A stretch of 64,000 nucleotides of DNA from an uncultured Gemmatimonadales bacterium. GTDB lineage: Bacteria; Gemmatimonadota; Gemmatimonadetes; Longimicrobiales; Gaopeijiaceae. The DNA is taken from assembly GCA_963809895.1 (NCBI GenBank), contig CAWELD010000003.1:704001-768000 (forward strand). Direction: 5' to 3'. The notes under the pieces are model-generated. The model ran no database searches. It was not told where the DNA came from and saw only the letters and a program-made list of their open reading frames with translations. Positions 9,973 through 16,292 of the stretch are shown here, piece by piece; the stretch's first letter is position 1; every line of letters starts with the position of its first letter. Made by a program: the position numbers and the translations under genes.

Positions 9973-11288
9973 AGCACTTCGTCGCCGGTGCCCTGTGGAC
10001 CGTAGGGTACCTCGCCGTGGTTTCGCTGCCGGTGACGGCACTCCTTCTGGGTCCGGTACCACCGGGGCTGGGCTTCTGGTGGGACGGATCCATGGCGGTG
10101 GCCTTCGCCGGACTGGCGGTCATGGGCGCACAGTTCGGGCTGACGGCTCGGTTCCGCCGTGCCACCGCGCCCTTCGGCATCGACATCATCTACTACTTCC
10201 ATCGCTGGATGGCCGTGGGCGGTCTCAGCCTCGTGCTGGCGCACTACGTGATCTTGCGTGCCACGGCCCCCTCCGCGCTCCAGCCCTGGACACCCGGCTC
10301 CGCGCCGTGGCACATGACGGCCGGGCGCATCGCGTTGCTGCTGTTCACCGTGGTGCTGGTCACGTCGTTCTGGCGCAAGGCGCTTCGATTGGAGTACGAC
10401 CGGTGGCGGTGGCTCCACGGCGCCTTGTCGGTGGCGGCCGTCGGGCTCGCCGTGGCGCACGTCGTGGGGGTCTCCTACTACACGCGCGTCCCCTGGAAGC
10501 GAGCGCTCTGGGGCGCCTACGGCGGGGCCTGGGTGATGCTGCTGGCGTACGTGAGGGTCGTGAAGCCGTGGAGAATGATGAAAGCTCCCTGGCGTGTCGT
10601 GTCGGTGCGACCGGAGGTCCCACGCGTGTGGACCGTCACCCTGGAGCCCCAGGGCCACCGGGGCCTGAATTACCTTCCCGGCCAGTTCGCGTGGCTCACA
10701 CTGGGTGGGACTCCCTTCGGCGGGCGCGAGCACCCCTTCTCTATTTCGAGCGGCGCCCCGAGCGACGAGCGCATTGCGTTCACCATCAAGGAACTTGGGG
10801 ACTTCACCCGCACGATAGGTGACACCCGCGTGGGGGAGTCTGCGTGGGTGGACGGCCCGCACGGGACCTTCACGGTGGACCGATATCCGGGCGCGGCGGC
10901 GTTCGGCTTCATCGTCGGCGGCGTAGGCATCGCACCGGTGATGAGCATGCTCCGCACTCTCGCGGCGCGGAGGGACGCGCGCCCGCTGTACGCGGTGTAC
11001 GGCAACGACCGCTGGGACGAGGTGCTGTTCCGTGAGGAATTGGAACGCCTCCGATCGGTGCTGGATCTCCGGATGACGCATGTGATCCGCCGACCGCCGG
11101 CGGGATGGACGGGAGCCTCCGGCCTTCTCAGCGAAGCACTGTTGGAGAGGGCCCTGGCCGGCGCTCCGGCGCGCACCGTGTATTTCCTCTGCGGCCCGAG
11201 GCCCATGAGCGAGACCGCGCAACGCGGGCTGCGACGGATGGGGGTGCCGCTGCATCGGATTCACTACGAGATGTTCGACATGGCCTGA
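9969..11288 (+). CDS. Ferric-reductase-like transmembrane domain + FAD/NAD(P)H-binding oxidoreductase
   Basis: About 6 TM helices with His (FHRW, LAHY, WLHG, VAHV), then HPFSISS, KELGDFT, DGPHG, GGVGIAP, FLCGP and C-terminal EMF. ATGA overlap with upstream stop. Confidence 0.9.
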   Translation: MKHFVAGALWTVGYLAVVSLPVTALLLGPVPPGLGFWWDGSMAVAFAGLAVMGAQFGLTARFRRATAPFGIDIIYYFHRWMAVGGLSLVLAHYVILRATAPSALQPWTPGSAPWHMTAGRIALLLFTVVLVTSFWRKALRLEYDRWRWLHGALSVAAVGLAVAHVVGVSYYTRVPWKRALWGAYGGAWVMLLAYVRVVKPWRMMKAPWRVVSVRPEVPRVWTVTLEPQGHRGLNYLPGQFAWLTLGGTPFGGREHPFSISSGAPSDERIAFTIKELGDFTRTIGDTRVGESAWVDGPHGTFTVDRYPGAAAFGFIVGGVGIAPVMSMLRTLAARRDARPLYAVYGNDRWDEVLFREELERLRSVLDLRMTHVIRRPPAGWTGASGLLSEALLERALAGAPARTVYFLCGPRPMSETAQRGLRRMGVPLHRIHYEMFDMA

Positions 11289-11320
11289 GCTCGGAACGCG
11301 GTTCCGGGGAGGTAAGGTTG

Positions 11321-11746
11321 GTGCGTGAGCGATTGGCGGAGCTGGTCAGCGCGCTGGTGGTCTCGATCCTCTTTCTGCTCTCGGCGGCCTTCGCCCGATC
11401 ACAGAACCCGTCGATGCCTCGCGAGTCTGGGGAGCCGACGCTGCCCGTCGGTGGTGCCGGCGCCGAGGTCGTGACGGACACCGTTCCGGGTCGCGACGTG
11501 TACGCCCGGCTCGGCTGCTCCCGGTGTCACAGCATCGGTGGCGTCGGAAATCCCCGGGCTCCGCTCGACGGTGTGGGGGGCCGTCGCACGCCCGAGGAGA
11601 TCCGGGCGTGGACCGTGGGAAGCGCCGCCCTCCAGGATTCCCTGCCGCCGGCAGCGTTCCGGGCGAAGCAGCAATTCGCCACGGTCCCGCCGGCAGAGCT
11701 GGACGCTCTGGTGGCGTATCTGGCTGCACTGAGGCCCCCAGACTGA
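11321..11746 (+). CDS. Exported/membrane-anchored monoheme c-type cytochrome
   Basis: N-terminal hydrophobic segment, CSRCH heme motif, C-terminal ELDALVAYL helix; GGGGAGG RBS before GTG 11321. Confidence 0.8.
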   Translation: MRERLAELVSALVVSILFLLSAAFARSQNPSMPRESGEPTLPVGGAGAEVVTDTVPGRDVYARLGCSRCHSIGGVGNPRAPLDGVGGRRTPEEIRAWTVGSAALQDSLPPAAFRAKQQFATVPPAELDALVAYLAALRPPD

Positions 11747-11748
11747 GA

Positions 11749-11784
11749 GACGAGCCCCCGCACGGTATCGCGCGGGGGCTCGTC
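11749..11784. terminator. GC-rich hairpin between convergent cytochrome c and tRNA, probable bidirectional terminator
   Basis: GACGAGCCCCCGC-N10-GCGGGGGCTCGTC perfect 13-bp stem; no long U tract. Confidence 0.7.
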
Positions 11785-11786
11785 CA

Positions 11787-11859
11787 TGGGCCCGGCAGGG
11801 TTCGAACCTGCGACCTACCGATTATGAGTCGGCTGCTCTAACCGCTGAGCTACGGGCCC
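11787..11859 (-). tRNA. tRNA-Ile2 (CAT anticodon, lysidine type); CCA not encoded
   Basis: GGGCCCGTAGCTCAGCGGTTAGAGCAGCCGACTCATAATCGGTAGGTCGCAGGTTCGAACCCTGCCGGGCCCA folds as a cloverleaf. The CGACTCATAATCG arm matches ileX-type tRNAs. It lacks the fMet GGG/CCC anticodon stem and the C1:A72 mismatch. Confidence 0.9.
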
Positions 11860-11866
11860 GCGCCTC

Positions 11867-12988
11867 TCATTCTTCCACCAGCATGAGGAGTTGGTCCACG
11901 TCCCAGCTCTCGTCCCGCACCGGGGTGAGGCTGGAGCGGATCCACCGGGGATCGTGGTCCGTCGACGATCGGATCGCCAGGTCCAGCGCCGGGACGGTCT
12001 CACCGGCCACCGCCTTTGACAGCGCCGTCCGGAGACTCCTCTGTCCGTCCTCGTCCAGAAAGTCGGCCAGGGGGCGGGCCAGGAGATCGGTGTGAGCCTG
12101 GCCCATGAGCTTCCGCGCGGGCTCCGTCGCCTCCAGGACGCGCCCTCTGGGATCCAGCACCAGAAGTCGGATGGGGAGGTCCCGGAAGAGCGAGCGAAAG
12201 CGCGCCGCCTCTTCCCGCACGCGGAGCACGCGATCATGCTCGGTGACGTCCTCCACCGCGCCCTCGATGTAGACGATGCCTTCGCCGGGGACCCGGTGGG
12301 CCCTGGCGGTGTTGCGCACGAGGAGCGGGCGCCCGTCGGTGCGATCGAGCCAGGTCTCGAAGGCGCGCACCACACCCTCGGTCTCCAGACCCTGACGGAA
12401 GCGGTCCACGTCGGCGGGCGACACGTAGAACGTGCGGGCGTAGCGTTCCTGCAGGGTCTGTGGGTCGGGCTGTCCGAGCAGTCGCACCAGCGCCGGGTTG
12501 GCCTCCAGGAAACCGCCCTCGGGCGAACAGCGATACAGGCCGATCGGGAGATGGTCGAACATCTCGCGGTGGCGGGCCTCGCTCGCCCTCAAGGCCTGGT
12601 CGGCTCGGGCACGCTCCAGCGCGTAGCGGATCGTGCGTTCCAGCAGGTCCGGGTCGTAGGAGCCCTTCACCAGGTAGTCCGAGGCCCCCGCGCGCATGGC
12701 GTCCATGTCCACCGAGCGCGACCCCCGGCCGGTGATCATGATGATGGGCGTGCGGATGCGCCGCTCCCGGGCTTCGGCGAGCAGGTCCAGCCCGGTGCGG
12801 TCCTCCAGGAAGTAGTCCACCAGGAGCAGATCGTAGCCACCCGACGTAAGCCCTTCCACGGCATCGTCGTAGGTGGAGGCCCAATCCAGGGTCAGGGGCG
12901 GATCCGGGATCTGACCGAGCATGGCACGGTTGGCCTCGTAGTCCGCGAGATCGTCGTCGACCAGGAGGATGCGGATGGGCTCGTCCAG
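11867..12988 (-). CDS. Response-regulator receiver + two PAS domains, no output domain
   Basis: IRILLVDDD, LLLVDYFL, MITGRG, DYLVKG (receiver); PAS-like segments with EDVTE. The first strand lies upstream of the track's ATG (12922); the likely start is CTG at 12988 behind GAGAGG. Confidence 0.85.
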   Translation of the reverse strand: MDEPIRILLVDDDLADYEANRAMLGQIPDPPLTLDWASTYDDAVEGLTSGGYDLLLVDYFLEDRTGLDLLAEARERRIRTPIIMITGRGSRSVDMDAMRAGASDYLVKGSYDPDLLERTIRYALERARADQALRASEARHREMFDHLPIGLYRCSPEGGFLEANPALVRLLGQPDPQTLQERYARTFYVSPADVDRFRQGLETEGVVRAFETWLDRTDGRPLLVRNTARAHRVPGEGIVYIEGAVEDVTEHDRVLRVREEAARFRSLFRDLPIRLLVLDPRGRVLEATEPARKLMGQAHTDLLARPLADFLDEDGQRSLRTALSKAVAGETVPALDLAIRSSTDHDPRWIRSSLTPVRDESWDVDQLLMLVEE

Positions 12989-13021
12989 AGGGACCTCTCG
13001 GATGGGGTGGGCGGGCGCAGG

Positions 13022-13050
13022 ATTCTACGGAACGGTCGACGTCCCCTCAA
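13022..13050 (-). promoter_or_regulatory. Putative sigma70 promoter for the REC-PAS-PAS gene
   Basis: TTGAGG-N17-TAGAAT on minus strand in the intergenic gap. Confidence 0.6.
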
Positions 13051-13059
13051 GGGTGCGAT

Positions 13060-13422
13060 TCATCCACCATCCACCTCGGGAGGCTTGCGGAGCTTCTTCA
13101 GGCGCCCACGCTGGCGTTTGTTCTCGAGGCGCCGTCGCTTCTCCCGCGCCGGAACCCGGGTGGGAACGCGCGGCGCGTCTTCGTGGACCAGCGCTTCCAG
13201 CTTCGCGCGCAGCCGTTCGAGGGCGATCTGCCGGTTGCGATGCTGACTGCGCTCCCGGCGGCTCTCCACACGAATGCCCGAGGGTCGGTGCACCAGACGC
13301 ACGCCGCTGTCGGTGGTGTTCTGGTGCTGGCCACCCTTGCCGCCGGCGCGGAAGGTCTCGACGCGGCACTCCGCGAGCAGCGCGTCGTCGTCGTCGGGAA
13401 TCGTAATGTCGGCGTCGGTCAT
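13060..13422 (-). CDS. arfB: Alternative ribosome-rescue peptidyl-tRNA hydrolase (ArfB/RF-1 domain)
   Basis: FRAGGKGGQHQNTTDSGVRL (GGQ), ERSQHRNR, basic tail RRRLENKRQRGRLKKLR; 120 aa. Confidence 0.85.
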   Translation of the reverse strand: MTDADITIPDDDDALLAECRVETFRAGGKGGQHQNTTDSGVRLVHRPSGIRVESRRERSQHRNRQIALERLRAKLEALVHEDAPRVPTRVPAREKRRRLENKRQRGRLKKLRKPPEVDGG

Positions 13423-13554
13423 CGTTCGGGGGATCGGCGGGAACGAAGGGGCGTCGCCGGGGTTGCGAGGTGGAGGCGCGCCTCCGCCTATGGCTTCGCC
13501 CCGGATGCTTGAATACCATTGGGCGTTCCCCGTGCTCACGCCACCTCCTCGCCG

Positions 13555-14643
13555 ATGATCATCGACCGCACCGAGCAACACCCGGGCGCGCGCTTCCTCC
13601 TGGTGGCGGCCTGCAGTGTGGTGGTGGTGTGGGGCCTCCAGTTCGCGGCCCCGATCCTGCTGCCCTTCGCGCTGGCGCTCTTTCTGGCGGTGCTGAGCCT
13701 TCCGCTCATGCTCTGGCTGCAGCGCAAGGGCGTGCCGGCGCCGCTGGCCATCGCCCTGGCCGTGTTGGTGGACGTGGCGGTCTTCGGCCTCCTCATCCTC
13801 ATGGCGAGCCAGTCGGTGACGGAGCTCCAGGAGGTTCTGCCCCGGTACATCGCCCGGCTCCAGGACCTGCAGCGGGGCTGGATCAACGCCCTGGAGCAGC
13901 GGCTCAACCTGCCCGGGTATTTCGACGCCGGATTCCTGGATCCGCAGGCCATGGTGGAGTTCGCCGGGAACACGATCCAGCGCGCGGCTTCGCTGCTGTC
14001 GCAGGCGTTCCTCGTGTTCCTGATCATGATCTTCATCCTCGCCGAGGCCGCGGTCTTTCCCGGAAAGCTGCGGGCCATCGTGGGCGAGACCCCGGCCTGG
14101 GAGGACCGCCTCGCCAAGGTGGTCCGGGAGATCCAGGAATACCTGGGGATCAAGACGGTGGTGAGCCTGATGACGGGGCTCATCCTGGGGCTGTGGTGCT
14201 GGGCCATGGACCTGGATTTTCCCATCCTGCTGGGACTTACGGCCTTCGTGCTGAACTACGTCCCGACCGTGGGATCCATCATCGCCGCGGTGCCGGCCAT
14301 CCTGCTCAGCTTCATCCTGCAGGGCACGCTGAGCCACGCGCTCCTGGTCTCGCTGGGGTACGTCCTGGTGAACACGGGCTTCGGCAACATCCTCGAGCCC
14401 AACCTCATGGGGCGCCGCCTGGGGCTTTCCACCCTGGTGGTGATCCTGTCGCTGCTCTTCTGGGGATGGACGTGGGGGCCCGTGGGTGCCCTGCTGTCCG
14501 TTCCCCTGACCATGGTCCTGAAGATCTGGCTGGAGAACACCCAGGACCTGCGCTGGGTTGCGTTGTTGCTGGACAAGCACCCGCCGCAGCAACAACCGGC
14601 CGACGGAGGACCCGCGAACGTGGACGACGATCCCGGAGTGTGA
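13555..14643 (+). CDS. AI-2E family transporter
   Basis: Multi-TM; LNYVPTVGS, GNILEPNLMGRRLGLSTLVV, WGPVGALLSVPLT. Confidence 0.9.
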   Translation: MIIDRTEQHPGARFLLVAACSVVVVWGLQFAAPILLPFALALFLAVLSLPLMLWLQRKGVPAPLAIALAVLVDVAVFGLLILMASQSVTELQEVLPRYIARLQDLQRGWINALEQRLNLPGYFDAGFLDPQAMVEFAGNTIQRAASLLSQAFLVFLIMIFILAEAAVFPGKLRAIVGETPAWEDRLAKVVREIQEYLGIKTVVSLMTGLILGLWCWAMDLDFPILLGLTAFVLNYVPTVGSIIAAVPAILLSFILQGTLSHALLVSLGYVLVNTGFGNILEPNLMGRRLGLSTLVVILSLLFWGWTWGPVGALLSVPLTMVLKIWLENTQDLRWVALLLDKHPPQQQPADGGPANVDDDPGV

Positions 14644-14644
14644 C

Positions 14645-16288
14645 GTGCCGAAAGTGCCTTTCGACAACCTCCCCGACGACGCCCGACTCTGGATCTTCCC
14701 GGCCGATCGGCCGCTGACCGGCGGTGATGCCGAGCGACTCCTGACACGGGTGGATGCGTTCCTCGCGGACTGGAAGGCCCATGGCCAGCCCCTGACCGCG
14801 GGCCGCGACTGGCGCGACGACCGCTTTCTCCTGGTGGCCGTGGACGAGCGCTCGGCGCCGCCCTCGGGGTGCTCCATCGACGCCCTCCTGGGCGTGCTCA
14901 AGGCGCTGGAGCCCGAGCTGGGCATGACCATCACGGATCACGGTCACGTGCAGTACCGCGACGACGGGGGCGAGGTGGCGTATGCGACCAGGGGGGACTT
15001 CGCGCGCCTCGCCGAGGAGGGCGCGGTCAGCACCGACACGCGCGTGTTCGACGCGACCCTCACCCGCCTGGGCCCGCTGCGCGAAGGTCGCTTCGAAGTG
15101 CCCGCCAGGGAGTCCTGGCACCGGAGAGCCTTCTTTCGCGGACTGGCCACGCTGGCCCTGGCATTCATCACCGGCCTCGGCGCGTGGGCCTGCGGAGAGG
15201 CGGCTGGTCCGGCTCCTGAAGAGGCGGGTTTCGTGACCACTCTGGGCCAGGACACCATGGCGGTGGAGCGTTTCCGGATCCGGCCCGGGCGTGTGGAAGC
15301 CGACGTCCTGCTGCGGAGTCCTCGAGTCACGTTGGGCCACTACGTCCTGGAAACCGACGAACAGGGTCGTCTTCAGCGCTATCAGGCCGAGATCCGTCCG
15401 CCGGATTCGCCCGAGGGGGCACCCGTGCGGAGCGAGACCATCGTGGCCGATCAGGGTGGCTACACCCGGACCGTGAGCTCCGACGACGGCGAGACCAGCG
15501 AGCCGTGGGAGGGGGATCCCATGGCGCTCCCCTTCATCGATCTGGCCCACTGGCCCTTCGAGGTCGCGCTGCGGCGGGCGGTCGACAGCCCCGCAGACAC
15601 GGTCGTGCAGCCGTTCTTCACCGGATCCAGGGGGATGAGCTACCGCCTCATCCGTCGCGGGGGAGGGGAGTGGGGCCTCCGGCATCCCACCCGGGGCACC
15701 AGCGCGGCCCGCGTGGACGCCCAGGGGCGGCTACTGTCACTGGATGGGTACGGCACGACCCGGGCACTGATCCTGGAGCGCACGGAATGGCTGGACCTCG
15801 AGCCGCTGGCCGCGGGGTTCGCCGGGCGCCCCACCGGCGAGCTGTCGGGCCGGGGCGAAGTGGAGGCCACGGTGGACGGCGCCACCCTGACCGTGGACTA
15901 CGGGCGTCCACAGAAGCGCGGCCGGGACATCTTCGGCACGCTGGTCGAGTACGGCAGCGTGTGGAGGACCGGCGCCAACATGGCCACGCACTTCTCCACG
16001 GATCGTGATCTCGAGCTCGCCGGCAGCCTGCGTGTGCCTGCCGGCGAGTACACCTTGTTCAGCATCCCCGGAGAGGATCGGGCGATCCTCATCGTCAACC
16101 GCCAGACCGGCCAGACCGGCACCGCCTACCAGGAAGAGCTCGATCTCGGGCGGGTCCCCATGCGGCGGGACACGCTGGACGATCCGGTGGAGACCTTCAC
16201 CATCGGCGTGCGGGACACCGACGACGGTGGCGTGCTCGAGCTGCTTTGGGATCGGACGGCGTACCGGGTGGCCTTCGAGGTGCGCTGA
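14645..16288 (+). CDS. Fusion: conserved hypothetical N-domain (WxAHG / GCSID / WH) + signal/lipobox-like segment + DUF2911-type C-domain
   Basis: N-terminal VPFDNLPDDARLWIF..WKAHG..PSGCSID..ESWH; hydrophobic LATLALAFITGLGAWAC; C-terminal VDYGRPQKRGRDIFG.LV.YG.VWRTGAN.AT..G.YTLFSIP. Confidence 0.7.
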   Translation: MPKVPFDNLPDDARLWIFPADRPLTGGDAERLLTRVDAFLADWKAHGQPLTAGRDWRDDRFLLVAVDERSAPPSGCSIDALLGVLKALEPELGMTITDHGHVQYRDDGGEVAYATRGDFARLAEEGAVSTDTRVFDATLTRLGPLREGRFEVPARESWHRRAFFRGLATLALAFITGLGAWACGEAAGPAPEEAGFVTTLGQDTMAVERFRIRPGRVEADVLLRSPRVTLGHYVLETDEQGRLQRYQAEIRPPDSPEGAPVRSETIVADQGGYTRTVSSDDGETSEPWEGDPMALPFIDLAHWPFEVALRRAVDSPADTVVQPFFTGSRGMSYRLIRRGGGEWGLRHPTRGTSAARVDAQGRLLSLDGYGTTRALILERTEWLDLEPLAAGFAGRPTGELSGRGEVEATVDGATLTVDYGRPQKRGRDIFGTLVEYGSVWRTGANMATHFSTDRDLELAGSLRVPAGEYTLFSIPGEDRAILIVNRQTGQTGTAYQEELDLGRVPMRRDTLDDPVETFTIGVRDTDDGGVLELLWDRTAYRVAFEVR

Positions 16289-16292
16289 CGGC

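Noticed and set aside
11787..11859. tRNA-Met call from the CAT anticodon
   Set aside because: Sequence features match Ile2, not initiator or elongator Met.
13060..14934. 624-aa ArfB-containing ORF
   Set aside because: Only the last 120 aa are ArfB; the rest is antisense to AI-2E.
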